From NCBI GenBank assembly GCA_051313645.2, contig JBNRSN020000019.1, positions 120,094,001-120,158,000 of the forward strand: 64,000 bases of DNA, in the 5' to 3' direction. The stretch is from Centroscyllium fabricii. Lineage: Eukaryota. Made by a program: the position numbers and the translations under genes. Positions 22,116 through 34,884 of the stretch are shown one piece after another; the first letter of the stretch is position 1, and every line of letters starts with the position of its first letter. A model generated the notes under the pieces. It saw only the letters and a program-made list of their open reading frames with translations, ran no database searches and was not told where the DNA came from.

Positions 22116-22933
22116 GAGCTGGATTCTGCCAATGGGGAGCTTTTGGAGGCAGGACTTTCACTTGTTGGGTTTTAGCCCCGCCCCATCAACGTCTGGCCAA
22201 CCCACGCTATTTTCCCTTGATTGACCTTGTTAAGCCCGCCCAGCGGGTTCAGCAGGCCGATTAAGGGCAAGCCGGTGACAGAGAACGTCAACGTATGATG
22301 TTTCATCTGTCAGATTTTTGACAGATTAATTGTCATCGTTTGACCGCTCTGTGAAGCTGTCAAACGCTGACAGTCTCTGTAGTTTGATGAGTTCTTGAAT
22401 TCAAGACTCAACAAACCTCTTTCTTTAGCAGAAATTAGATGATTGTTGCATTGGAGAATGCAACGGCCATCTGTCATCTCTGCCGCGGAGGTGCGAGACT
22501 CTCCGCATCCCCAACTGTTGAAGCCTGCAGGAAGAAACAAACGTAAGTAAACTTTTACTAACACTTTCCACTCACCTCAGATACTCACCTCTCCACACTT
22601 GCAACCATCACTTACCTTCACAGCACACCTTTGGACCCCTCCGACCCCCGCAGACCCACTGCTCGCCTCGGTGACCCTGGCGGGGTTCAGAGCCTTCGGG
22701 AGGCCCGCACTTGTGGGTAAAATGGGGATAATCCTATTATCTGTCTGTTGACTACCTGTTAACAGGCAGATAAGTGACACTAATCCCCTTCCCACCTCCA
22801 AGGAGATGGGACCCGGCACGGGTTGGCTACCCGCCTCCTGGCATGATGGCACGGAGACAGGTTGGGCACCCGCCCCCAGATTCTCTCATTTTCCCGGCAG
22901 TCCCGCCTCCCCAGGGCTGTTAAGATCGCGCCC
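22116..22933. mobile_element. Non-autonomous DNA transposon-like insertion (Harbinger-like) in CR1
   Basis: Imperfect termini GAGCTGGATTCT / AAGATCGCGCCC; CR1 sequence on both sides. Confidence 0.45.
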
Positions 22934-24576
22934 TGTGTCTATGGTGAAGACAGAAAGATCAAGAACTGGTATAAATCCCGCCAGGACGGGAATGCATTAA
23001 GGGAAATCAATTCCTGGAGTAAGTTGTTCTGAAAGCTATTCACAGCTCCGACTGCAGGGGCTTGGCCTAGTTTTGGGACCAGAAGATTATGTGTAGATGA
23101 AATTTACAGAGGTGCAGATAAGTAAAGGGAAGCTGCAGAATAGGGGGTAAAAAATCCTTGCAACTTTTGGAAAAACTAAAAGGAAACCTCAACCAATTGG
23201 CAGCCTCCTGCTAGGCTGAAGAGGGAAAGAGAAATTGACAGACAGAAATGAAGGAAAAGGATCCTTAATGTGGAGGCCGGAGTCTCGCAGACAAGTGCTG
23301 GAGCAGCCCGCACTGAGAGCTTAGCCCCCTGTTGACCATTCTGCTCACTGGGTGATGGCTGCAGAAGCTATGCTTCTGGCTGTCCATTGACCCAGACTCT
23401 GAAGATTGGTCCTTGTCAGGTAGGCATAACAACACCAGCAGATATGGTTGGTAACATTGTGACGGGTGTAGCCTAGGTATTGGTCACCTCGACAAGCCTT
23501 TCTTTAACAGTCTAAATAAATCTGACATCTTTCTGAAGAACCACATTACACTTAATCAGGTATTCCTATACTGTACCTGTGCAAGTCTGCTATCACAACC
23601 TCGCCTGGAAACAGGAGCCTCTTTGTCACTGATTATGTGCCAAATTGAGGTCTGTGCCCCTGTGTGTGCAGATGTTGCTGTGTCAATACTGACGGAGGGT
23701 TGGCACCGAGTGCCTGATATCCCCATTCTGGTCCTCTTCCTCCCCCAGAAAGGCGAGATGGGGGATTCTCACTGGGGAAACTAATGGTGCATGTGGGGAA
23801 AATAAAGTGAGAACTGGACAATGGTTCACGGAAATGTAAATGGCAAGAGAGAAGAAACAGTCCAGGTGTGGCCTGAACATGATGGCCCCCTTTTATTGAA
23901 TATTCCAGTTCCGAGCAGCCCAGGACACCTATTCAGTTGCACGTCGCTAACACCACTGCCAAGTGCAACGCATGAATGAATGTTGGGAGACTCACTGCCA
24001 CATTTTAGTATTTTATTGAAGTTTCCCCTATTTGAAATGAGTGCACCATCTGTCGCTGAAATGTGTCCTCTTTACGCCCACTCAACAACCATTTATGAAG
24101 CAGAATGGAGAGGGGAATTGGCCATTGCCTTTTCCCAAAGGTGTTTCCCCTGAGGAGCTGTAATTTTTGGTTATCTAACATTGACTGTAATATGCAACAA
24201 ATTCCTGGATTTTCCCATAACCCCTCTGCCCTTCAAATATTGATTAGGTTAATTTGAGGAAACACTGATAATGATAGGAGGTGCTGCAAAAATCAGCTTG
24301 TTAATTTATCTTCTTCCTGTTACTGAATTCCCTGCTTTTGCAATGAGAAAGACAATGTTGATACCAAGCAATTCAGACACCTGCAACCTGCAACAATTTC
24401 CCCTTATTTATTATGACACATATCATATTCTGTGGAGGCGAAATTACTTTCAGAAAAGTGTTTCAATAATCTGACTACAATCATCTATTTTAGGTGGCAG
24501 AAAGGACTACTTGTCACAACTAAAGTTCTATGAAAGAGACTATGAATTCCAACCAAACATTATACACAAATAATAA

Positions 24577-24949
24577 ACACAGAAACACACAGAGATAGGA
24601 GCAGGAGTAAGCCATTTGGCCCTTCAAGCCTGCTCCGCCATTTTTGACGAGATCATGGCTGATCATCCAAACCCAGCACCCCACTCCTACCCTCTCCCCA
24701 TATCCCCCGACACCCCCAACTCTAAGAACTATATCTCACACACATACTCATGTGCATTATCTCCAATTCACCTAACCTGCATGTCTTTGGGTGGTGGGAG
24801 GAAACCGGAGTACCCGGAGGAAACCCACACGAACACGGGGAGAACATGCAAACTCCACGCAGAGAGGTCCCGAGCCAAGCAGGAATCGAACCCAGGAGCT
24901 CCTTCATTGCGAGGCAGCAGTGCTAACCACTGCGCCACTGTGTCGTCCA
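24577..24949 (-). mobile_element. V-SINE (tRNA head, V domain, CR1-derived tail)
   Basis: A/B boxes (TGGCGCAGTGG, GGTTCGATTCC); GGAGTTTGCATGTTCTCCCCGTG..GGTTTCCTCCGGG V domain; CR1 3' tail. Confidence 0.88.
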
Positions 24950-25302
24950 CGGTGTGACTTACCACCCAGCTGGGGTGTCAGAATCCTGGACTCCCTCCAT
25001 GGTTGGTGGGACTGCTCCAATAGGGCCACAGATCTTTGGTCTCACCGAGCTCGCACCCCATTTCCCGAGAAATATTTTTCAATAATAAAACATCACATCA
25101 TACAATTTTATGTCACAGATCTGGTACCATGGACTTTGGCCATCTGCCCTTGGCTTTGTATCTTCAACATGTGTGGCCAAGGGCCAAGATCATAGTCATG
25201 GTCTTTTCAAACACATTTGAATGATGGAATGCTGCCTATTTCACTGGGGACTGGAATCCTAATTTTTCTTTTTCAATACTTTAAAAACCTTTCAATGTTG
25301 AT

Positions 25303-25965
25303 ACATAGATACATAGAAAATAGGTGCAGGAGTAGACCATTCGGCCCTTCGAGCCTGAACTGCCATTCAACACGTTCATGGCTGAACATGCTACATCAGT
25401 ACCCCATTCCTGCTTTCTCGCCATATCCCTTGATCCCCCTAGTTGTAAGTATTACATCTAACTCCCTTTTGAATATATTTAGCAAACTGGCCTCAACAAC
25501 TTTCTGTGGTAGAGAATCCCACAGGTTCACCACTCTCTGGGTGAAGAAGTTTCTCCTCATCTCGGTCCTAAATGGCCTACCTCTTATCCTTAGTCTGTGC
25601 CCCCTGGTTCTGGACTTCCCCAACATTGGGAACATTCCGCCCACATCTAACCTTTCTAAACCCATCAGGATTTTAAACATTTCTAGGAGAGCCCCCCTCA
25701 TTCTTCTGAACTCCAGAGAGTACAAGTTCAGTTGATCCAGTCTTTCTTGATATATCAGTCCGGCCATCCCGGGAATCAATCTAGTAAACCTTTGCTGCAC
25801 TCCCTCAAAAGCAAGAATGTCCTTCCTCAAGTTAGGAGACCAAAACTGCACACAATACTCCAAGTGTGGCCTCACCAAGGCCCTGTACAACTGTAGCAAC
25901 ACCTCCCTACTCCTGTACTCAAATCCCCTCGCTATGAAGGCCAACATGCCATTGCTTTCTTAACT
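25303..25965 (-). mobile_element. CR1 LINE 3' end
   Basis: ORF 25396..25947 is the CR1 RT C-terminus; tail microsatellite at 25303. Confidence 0.9.
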
Positions 25966-26244
25966 TTCTTTGAGGTAAAACTAGTTCTTTTTACATCCAT
26001 TGCTATGAAGCACTTTGGGAGGAACAGCATGGAGAGGCAGTATAATCTAAATGGTACTATTTCTGCGGGGGGGGGGGGGGGGTGCAAGATAGAGGGACCT
26101 GGGGGTGCGTATATGTGGTAAACCACTTTGTATATATATGTATATATAACCAACGGCCTGTAACACTGTATATAGTTATGTGTGTACTACTTGTCTGGGC
26201 ATGCCCATGCTAACCCCGCCTGTGACTCCTCCTCCCAGGACAGG

Positions 26245-26280
26245 TATATAAGCGACTGTCTCCCTCCCCCCATTCATTCT
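26245..26280 (+). promoter_or_regulatory. LTR TATA box and initiator-like element
   Basis: TATATAA at 26245-26251 and TCATTCT at 26274-26280; AATAAA at 26322-26327. Element A has a similar layout on the minus strand. Confidence 0.55.
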
Positions 26281-26403
26281 GGGAGCAGTCGACTAGCTGG
26301 TGCATGCCCTACCTTTTACCTAATAAAAGCCTTTTGTTCACCTCGTAACTTCTCGTCTCCGAGGTCATTGATACGGTATCAATTTTATTAGCTAAATTTA
26401 ATC

Positions 26404-29400
26404 ATGGAGACCATGCTCAAACCAGCGACGTTCGAACTGGATCGCCAAACACCAGGCGCCTCCAATACGTTTACGCACTGGTTCAGCTGTTTTGAGGCGT
26501 ACCTCACAGCCAACGCGGTGGTCGTCCAGACGGAACAGGACAAGCTGCGCCTTCTCAACGCCCAGGTGGGCCCCCAAGTCTACTCGATAATCGCGGACGC
26601 TATGACCTACATAGAGGCGATCCGAACCCTGAAAGCAGAGTAAAGCCGGACACCGAACCTCGTCCACGCCAGACACCTCCTGGCCACCAGAAAGCAGCAA
26701 CCCGGAGAGTCGAGCGTGGAGTTCCTACGAGCGTGGAGTTCCTACGAGCGCTGAGAGTCCTCTGCCGGGCCTGCAACTGTAAGTCACAGACAGCCTCAGT
26801 ACACTCGGAAAGTCTCATCAGGGACTGGCCTCAGGTCCGATTGCATCCGCCAAAGACTATTGGAACAGAATGGCATGGACCTGCAGGCGACAATTGACCT
26901 TGGGAACGCGCTGGACTTGGCGTCCCACAACGTCCTCTTACTTGGGCGACCATGCGGGCACATCGCGGACGCCGCCATCTTGGACACAGCCGGCCGCGCC
27001 ATGACCGGCGGAAGAGATGACTGCGGCTACGACCTCAAAAGGGCCTAATTGTTACTTCTGCGGCCAGGCTCAGCATCCCAGGCGAAATTGCCCGGCGAGA
27101 GATGCGGCCTGCTCTAAGAACACTTTGCTAAGGTCTGCAGAGCAGCGGCAATACCGCCCTCCAAACAGGGCAGCGCCGCGTGTGGGCAGCCATCTTGGAC
27201 ACAGCCATCTCCATCACAGCCCGCCGCGTGGGAGCAGATGCCATCTTGGACACAGCCATGTCCATCACAGCCCGCCGCGTGGCGGCAGCCATCTTGGGAC
27301 CAGGCCCCAGACCTCTCAAGCGACTCGACCGACCCAATACTGGCCTCCATCACACTCGACCAGAACAAGAGCCAGCCACTGAGCAAATCCATGATGACGG
27401 TGCAGGTGAACGGGCGGAGTACGGATTGCCTTTTCGACAGTGGGAGCATGGCGAGCTTCATCCACCCAGAAACGGTAAAGCGCTTCTCCCTTACAGTCAT
27501 GCCGGCTAACCAAAAATTCGCGATGGCATCTAAGTCTGAATCTGCGGACGTCTGCGGTCGCTGCGTAGTGACCCTGACAGTGCGGGGCATACACTTCCAG
27601 AATCTTAAAGTATTCGTGCTGCCGCAGCTCTGCGCTCCCTTACTGCTGGGCCTCGACTTCCAGTGCCACCTCCAGAGCGTAACTATGGTGTACGGTGGGC
27701 CCCTTCCCCCGCTCACGGTCAGCAACCAGCGTTCCCCGCATTACCCACAGCGCGCTACCTGCGGCCTCTCGACCCTTAAGGTCGCCCCCCCCCCCCCTCT
27801 CGCTCTTTGCCAAACTCACCCCGGACTGCAAGCCCATCGCCACCAAAAGTAGGCGCTACAGTACCGGGGACAGAGACTTCATCAAGTCTGAGGTGAAGCG
27901 GCTCCTGAAGGAGGGGGTCATCGAGGCGCAGGTAGTGGTCATGAAGACCGGAGCCAAACACTGGATGGTTGTGGACTACAGTCAGACCATTAACCGGTTT
28001 ACGCAGCTAGATGCGTATCCCCTCCCCCGCATAGCGGATATGGTGAACCAGATCGCTCAGTTTCGGGTCTTCTCGACCATCGATCTGAAGTCTGCGTACC
28101 ACCAGCTCCCCATCCGCTCAGAGGACCGCCACTATACTGCCTTCGAGGCAGACGGCCGCTTCTACCACTTCCTCAGGGTTCCATTTGGTGTCACCAACGG
28201 GGTCTCGGTCTTCCAAAGAGAGATGGACCGAATGGTTGATCAGTATGGACTGCGGGCCACCTTTCCGTATCTTGATAATGTGACCATCTGCGGCCATGAC
28301 CAGCAGGACCATGACGCCAACCTCCAGAAATTTCTCCACACCGCCAAAAAGTTAAACCTGACCTATAACACGGAAAAATGTGTGTTCAGGACGACCCGCC
28401 TCGCCATCCTCGGCAGTGTTGTGGAGAATGGGGTCATCGGTCCCGACCTGGACTGCATGCGCTCCCTCCTGGAGCTCCCCCTCCCCCACTTCCTCAAGGC
28501 CCTGAAAAGGTGCCTGGGGTTCTTTTCTTATTATGCCCAGTGGGTCCCCAACTAAGTGGACAAAGCCCGCCCACTACTTAAATCAACCTCCTTTCCCCTG
28601 TCGGCAGAGGCCCGCACGGCCTTCTGTGGCATAAAAAAAGACATTGCAAAGGCCGCGATGCACGCTGTGGACGAGGCCGTCCCGTTCCAAGTAGAGTGCG
28701 ATGCGTCCGACATTGCCCTGGCCGCCACCCTTAACCAGGCGGGCAGACACGTGGCCTTCTTCTCGCGCACCCTCCAGGGCCCCGAGACCCGACACTCTTC
28801 CGTTGAGAAGGAGGCCCACGCCATTGTGGAAGCAGTGCGACACTGGAAGCACTACCTGGCCGGCAAACGATTTACCCTGCTGACTGACCAACGCTCAGTC
28901 GCGTTCATGTTCAACAACAAAGAGCGGGGCAAAATCAAGAACGACAAGATATTGAGGTGGAGAATTGAGCTCTCTGCTTTCAATTACGATATCTTGTACT
29001 GGCCCGGGAAACTCAATGAGCCCCCAGACGCCCTGTCCCGCGGTACATGTGCCAGCGCACAAGTGGACCATCTCGAGACCCTGCACAACGACCTCTGCCA
29101 CCCAGGGGTCACCAGGTTGGTCCATTTTGTTAAGTCCCGCAACCTCCCCATCTCCATCGAGGAGGTCAAGAGCATGACCAGGAACTGCCAGGTCTGTGCA
29201 GAGTGCAAACCGCACTTCTTTCGGTCAGACCGGGCGCACCTGATCAAGGCCACCCGCCCCTTTGAGCGACTCAGCGTCGATTTTAAAGGGCCCCTCCCCT
29301 CATCCAACCGAAACGTGTACTTCTTAAACGTCATGGACGAGTACTCGCGGTTCCCCTTCGCCATCCCCTGCCCGGACATGACCTCCTCCACGGTCATCAG

Positions 29401-30273
29401 GGCACTGCACAGCATCTTCTCCCTGTTCGGCTACCCCAGCTACATCCATAGCGACCGGGGGGCCTCTTTTATGAGTGACGAGCTGCGTCAGTTTCTGCTA
29501 GCCAAGGGCATCGCTACTAGCAGGACTACCAGCTATAACCCCCGGGGGAATGGACAGGTAGAGAGGGAGAACGCCACCGTCTGGAAGGCCATCTTGTTAG
29601 CCCTATGGTCTAAAGGCCTCCCAGTCTCCCGCTGGCAGGACGTCCTCCCCGAAGCGCTCCACTCCATTCGGTCACTGTTATGTACGGCCGCTAAAGCCAC
29701 CCCTCACGAGCGGCTTTTTGCCTTCCCTAGGAAGTCGGCTTCCGGGACCTCACTGCCGTCATGGCTATCGTCCCCAGGCCCCGTCCTGCTCTGGAAGCAC
29801 GTGAGGGGCCATAAGTCGGACCCCCTGGTCGAATGGGTCCACCTCCTGCACGCCAACCCCCAGTACGCCTACGTGGCGTATCCTGACGGGAGGGAGGATA
29901 CGGTGTCCATCAAAGATTGGCACCCGCGGGTGCCCCCGAGACCAGTACGACCCATAAGCACGCTCCCCCCCTGCCTACCGCCACCTTTGGGGCACCAGCA
30001 CCACGGTACGCCGCTCCCCACGAGGCACCAGCACCATGGTATGCCCACCCAGCACCTGCAGGCAGCACAGTATGGCCCCCTAATCTACGCACCCGCCAGC
30101 CGGATGACGAATGGGAGAGCGCGCCCCTGACTGTTACCGCAAGGGGCCAAATGTCGGACCGAATGCCCCCGCCGTCGCCGACTCCAGTGCCAACGGTGCG
30201 CCCGCTGACTCCACCACCAGCGGTGCGCCGATCGACGAGACAGACCAGGCCGCCCGACAGGCTGAATCTTTAA
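26404..30273 (+). pseudogene. Gag-Pol of element B, disrupted by stops and frameshifts
   Basis: Gag 26404..; CYFCGQAQH; LFDSGS; YLDN; CDASD; SVDFKGP..HSDRG..VEREN; collinear with element A. Confidence 0.92.
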
Positions 30274-30381
30274 GGACTGCTTCGCATTCGCCCTGCCGGA
30301 CTTTGTTTTTTAACAAGGGGTGAATGTGGTAAACCACTTTGTATATATATGTATATATAACCAACGGCCTGTAACACTGTA

Positions 30382-30912
30382 CAGGTTGTGCACCGAAAAT
30401 CCGTGTCCTGAATAGCCGGCAGCTTCAGTCTGCCGGCACAAATTACCCCGACTGCACTGCGCATGCGCAAGATGGCAGCCGCCATCGTGGCTTCGGCGAA
30501 TGATCTGCGCATGCGCCGAGCGCATGCGCAGATCATTCAAACGGCTGCCGGGTGTTTTGAATGATCTGCGCATGCGTCGCCGGACGGTTAGCGCATGCGC
30601 AGATAATTCAATACGGCCGCCGGTTATTTTCTCGACAGCTGAGCCCCGTGACTGAGGCGGACAGTCACTAGGCAACAGCTGTCAGCCTGAGTCCGGCTCG
30701 GCGGCAGCAGCAACCCGAAAGGCGATGGAGAGGGAAGGCGGACCCGGGCCCAATCTGCGCATGCGCGCGCCAGCCAATCCAAATGTTGTGCGCATGCGCG
30801 CGGCCATTTTGAATGGTGCGCATGCGCAGTGTCCAACCTCGTTCTCCCGGTTTTTTCCGTTTCCCGGCACGGGCCTGGTCCCGCCCGTGGCGGATTAATA
30901 GTGCACAACCTG
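30382..30912. mobile_element. Tc1/mariner-type MITE inserted in the 3' LTR of element B
   Basis: TIR CAGGTTGTGCAC / GTGCACAACCTG; TA TSD confirmed by the empty site in the 5' LTR (ctgTAtatag). Confidence 0.93.
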
Positions 30913-31296
30913 TATATAGTTATGTGTGTACTGCTTGTCTGGGCATGCCTATGCTAACCCCGCCTGTGACTCCTCCTCCCAGGACAGGTATATAAGCGAC
31001 TGTCTCCCTCCCCCCATTCATTCCGGGAGCAGTCGACTAGCTGGTGCATGCCCTACCTTTTAGCTAATAAAAAGCCTTTTGTTCACCTCGTAACTTCTCG
31101 TCTCCGAGGTCATTGATACGGTATCAGTATTCATAAATCATTGAAGGTGGCAGGGCAAGTTGATAAGGCTATTAAGAAAGTGTATGGGAAACTTAGCTTT
31201 GTAAATAGTGACATTGAATACAAAAACAAAGAAGTTATGTAAATCTCTGGTTAGTCCTCAGCCTGAGTATTGTGTACAATTCTGAGCACCACACGT

Positions 31297-31626
31297 TAGG
31301 AAGGAGCTCCTGGGTTTGAATCCTGCTTGGCCCGGGACCTCTCTGCGTGGAGTTTGCATGTTCTCCCCGTGTTCGTGTGGGTTTCCTCCGGGTACTCCGG
31401 TTTCCTCCCACCACCCAAAGACATGCAGGTTAGGTGAATTGGAGATACTAAAGATTGCCCATGAGTATGTGTGTGAGATATAGTTCTTAGAGTTGGGGGT
31501 GTCGGGGGATATGGGTAGGAGGGGGATGCTGGGTTTGGATGATCAGCCATGATCTCATAAAAAATGGCGGAGCAGTCTTGAAGGGCCGAATGGCCTACTC
31601 CTGCTCCTATCTTCTGTGTTTCTGTG
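31297..31626 (+). mobile_element. V-SINE, 5'-truncated
   Basis: Near-identical to 24577-24949 in opposite orientation. Confidence 0.85.
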
Positions 31627-32115
31627 AAGGCCTTGGAGCGGGTACAGAGGAGATTCACCCAGATGACACCAGGGATGAGGGACATCAGTTAAGTGGAGAG
31701 ACTGGAGAAGCTGGGGTTATTCTCCCTAGAGCAGAGAAGGGGAGATTTAATAGAGACATTCAAAATTATGAGGGGTTTTACTGGAGCAAGTCGGGAGAAA
31801 CTATTATTTCTGGCAAGTGGGTCGGTAACCAAAGGGCATAGATTTAAAATAATTGTCTAAAGAACTAGAGGGGAAATGAGGAGAAGTTATTTTGCACGGA
31901 GGGTTGTTAAGATACGGAGCGCACTACCTGAAAGGGGTGGTTGAATCAGATTCCGGAGGAACTTTCAAACAGTAGTTGGACATGTGTTTGAAGAGAGATA
32001 ATTTGCAGGGTTATGGGGAAAAGGCCGAGATGTGGGATTAAATTGGAAGTTCTTTCAAAGAGTCAGCACAGGCATGATGGGCCAAATGGACTCCTTCTGT
32101 GCTGTAAGATTCTAT

Positions 32116-32807
32116 GGCCGAAAAATTGGCACTCTAACGCCGACCGATTAGCACCCGAAAATGGCCACTAGAGGTTTTAGCGCCAGGCGCTAAAGAGTTT
32201 GCGCCGCGCCCAAAATTGGCCAAGCGATTAGCGCCGGCGCTGTTAGCTTGCGCTACTTGGCGTGCCTGAATCCTTGCTGATATCCTGGTGCAACGCCCGC
32301 CCCCAGGACTGCACCCAAAATTGACGAGCGGCCGCCTAACTAACGGCCAGCGCTGCCCGCGCCAGCTTTCACAAACGCAGCTGAGTCGATGTGGGGCCGC
32401 TGGGGCGTTCTTTAAAGGAGACACTTCCTCCCTTTCGTGCGGTGGCCATTTTGTGGGAGATCGGAGACAGACAGAGGGAGGTGAGGAGAGATAGAGAGAG
32501 GCAGGTGAGGAGGGAGAGATAGAGAGAGGCAGAGGTAGCTGAGGAGACATCCTATAATGTTTCCTCTACCCCTTTAAAAGCAGACCGGCGCCAGGATTGC
32601 TGGGAAGGCCCGGAGTGGCAGATGGAGCGCTGTGCCCGCGCTCGCCACTTAGCACCTGAATATTGGCCATTTGCACCCGCGCAATGCTTGATTTAGCGCT
32701 GCAAGCTGCAAGGCCGGCGCTAAAGCGAATATCGGGGGCTCCGGCGCTAATTTTAGCGCTGCGCCGAGGTTAGCGGCCCAAAACGTGCGCTGACCAATTT
32801 TTCGTCC
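32116..32807. mobile_element. Harbinger-type MITE
   Basis: TIR GG(C/A)CGAAAAATTGG; 3-bp TSD TAT on both sides; inserted in a CR1 tail. Confidence 0.8.
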
Positions 32808-33034
32808 TATGAATCTCTCCACCAGGAAGATAATCAGCTGGCACATCCCTCCGAGCTCTTGGCCTGCCCGAGTGTTGGTTTAAGTGATGTTTGGTGGTCA
32901 GCACTGGACTAAGTAGTGTAGAATGGTACAGGAGAAGGACAGGGAGACAGAATTAGATCGCTCCAATTGAAGAGAGAGCCTCCTACTGAGCTGGATCCCT
33001 GATTCTGTGATCACCAGATACAAATCCTGTTGGT

Positions 33035-33976
33035 AAGATAAGATAAGATTCAATTTATTGTCATTGTAAAGTGAACATACACAAAACAACGAAATGCAAA
33101 CATGCAATCTCCCAAATTATTAAATGTTCTTGGTCCCAGTCTGATCCATTCCATCCCACCAGGCGCTGCAGCCACGATGCTCCCGGTGCCGGCCACGCAG
33201 GCCCTGGCGCTCCAGCCACGACGGCCTCGCAGCTCCCAGCCCCACAGCTCTCCGAGCCCGACGGCCCCATGGCTCCACCGAGCCCGACGGCCCCACGGAG
33301 CCCGACGGCCCCACGGCTTCACCGAGCCCGACGGCCCCACGGCTTCACCGAGCCCGACGGCCCCACGGCTTCACCGAGCCCGACGGCCCCACGGCTTCAC
33401 CGAGCCCGACAGCCCCACGGCTTCACCGAGCCCGACGGCTTCACCGAGCCCGACGGCCCCACGGCTTCACCGAGCCCGACGGCCCCACGGCTTCACCGAG
33501 CCAGATGGCCCCACGGCTTCACCGAGCCAGACGGCCCCACGGCTTCACCGAGCCCGACGGCCCCACCGAGCCTGACGGCCCCACCGAGCCCGACGGCCCC
33601 ACGGCGTCACCGAGCCCGACGGCCCCACAGCTCACCGAGCCCGACGGCCCCACGGCTTCACCGAGCCCGACGGCCCCACGGCTTCACCGAGCCCGACGGC
33701 CCCACGGCTTCACCGAGCCCGACGGCCCCACGGCTTCACCGAGCCCGACGGCCCCACGGCTTCACCGAGCCCGACGGCTCTCCGAGCCCGCTCTCAGCAC
33801 CCCGGCGCTCCGATGACCACGACGGCTTGTTCAGCACTGGTGCCCCGATTGAGGAGCACCGGTGCGCTACTCCACCGACCCCGCCGTCCTCTCCAGGAAC
33901 AGTGCGGGAACCAGGGACATTAAAAAATCGGGAGACGCAAAGTCGCTGCGTCTATGCGCGCCGCCATCTTGTCCAA
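33035..33976 (-). mobile_element. Non-autonomous retroposon with Rex1/Babar-like ends carrying a minisatellite
   Basis: 5' AAGATGGCGGCGCG; 3' TACAATGACAATAAATTGA(ATCTT)n; possible TSD TGGT. Confidence 0.6.
33240..33790. repeat. 26-bp GC-rich minisatellite (CCCACGGCTTCACCGAGCCCGACGGC)n
   Basis: About 20 tandem units visible directly. Confidence 0.95.
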
Positions 33977-34169
33977 TGGTGGGAGAGCGGGTCCTCTAGC
34001 TCCCTAAGCTCACGAGTGATGATAATCTGGTCATATCCTCTCTTTGATTTTTGCAATACATTTGAATTCGAAAGAAGTGGCTTAGCTCTGTCCAGTTCCC
34101 ATAACTTTTACATACTTCTGAAAAATTATGAATCTTCAATATACTTTGGTCTACAAACCTTACCTTTCC

Positions 34170-34880
34170 CCAGAAGTATGAAAAATGAAGCTGAGGTATT
34201 GGGAGGAGGCCATTCAGCCCCGCGTGCCTGATCCACCAATCAGTTAGATTACGGCTGAACTGTATCTTAACTCCATCCACCCACCTTTGATCCATATTCC
34301 CTTGATACCCTTCCCCAACAAAGATCTATCAAACCGAGTTTTGAAAATTTCAATTGTCTCTCAGCATCAACAGCCTTTTCGGGGAGAGAGTTCCAGATTT
34401 CCACTACCCTTTGTGTGAAGAGGAGCTTCCTAATTTCACTCCTAAATGGCCGAGCTCTAATTTTAAGTTTGTGCCCCCTTCTTCTGGACTCCCCCAAATC
34501 CCTAAATCATTTTTAACATTTTGATTAGATAACCTTCTGAACCCGAGGGAATACGAGCCCAGTCTCTGCATCCTGTCCTCATAATTTAACCCTTTTAGCC
34601 CCGATATCATTCTGGTGAATCTGGGCTGCTCCCCCTCCAAGGCCGATATATCCTTCCTGAGGGGCGGGGCCCAGAACTGAACCCAGTGTCCAGATGGGGT
34701 CTGACCCAGGCTCAGTACAACGGAAGCATCACCTCCTCCCCTTTATAATCCAGCCCCCTTGAGATAGAAGGCCAACATTCAGTTAGCCTCTCTGGTTACA
34801 TTTTGTACCTGTGTATTAGCTTTTAGTGATTTGTGTACCTGTAAACCCAAATCCATTTGCTTCTTCATAGTCCCTAGTCT
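34170..34880 (-). mobile_element. CR1 LINE 3' fragment
   Basis: CR1 C-terminal peptides in ORFs 34267..34640. Confidence 0.75.
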
Positions 34881-34884
34881 CTCA

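Larger units (their letters stand above)
26114..31126 (+). mobile_element. Full-length Ty3/Gypsy LTR retrotransposon B (same group as A, different family), no tRNA PBS
   Basis: LTRs 26114-26381 and 30325-31126 (the latter holds a MITE); TG..CA ends; TSD GTATA/GTATT; PPT AACAAGGGGTGAA at 30312-30324. Confidence 0.96.
25975..32115 (+). mobile_element. Older CR1 LINE 3' part split by Gypsy B (26114-31126) and a V-SINE
   Basis: gggacctgggggtgc[..]tcataaatcattgaaggtggcaggg is continuous CR1 sequence; tail attctat at 32109. Confidence 0.75.

Noticed and set aside
33240-33790. CRISPR-like regular repeats
   Set aside because: No unique spacers; eukaryotic minisatellite.
33071-34231. 386-aa ORF
   Set aside because: Open only because the 26-bp minisatellite lacks stop codons; no domain.
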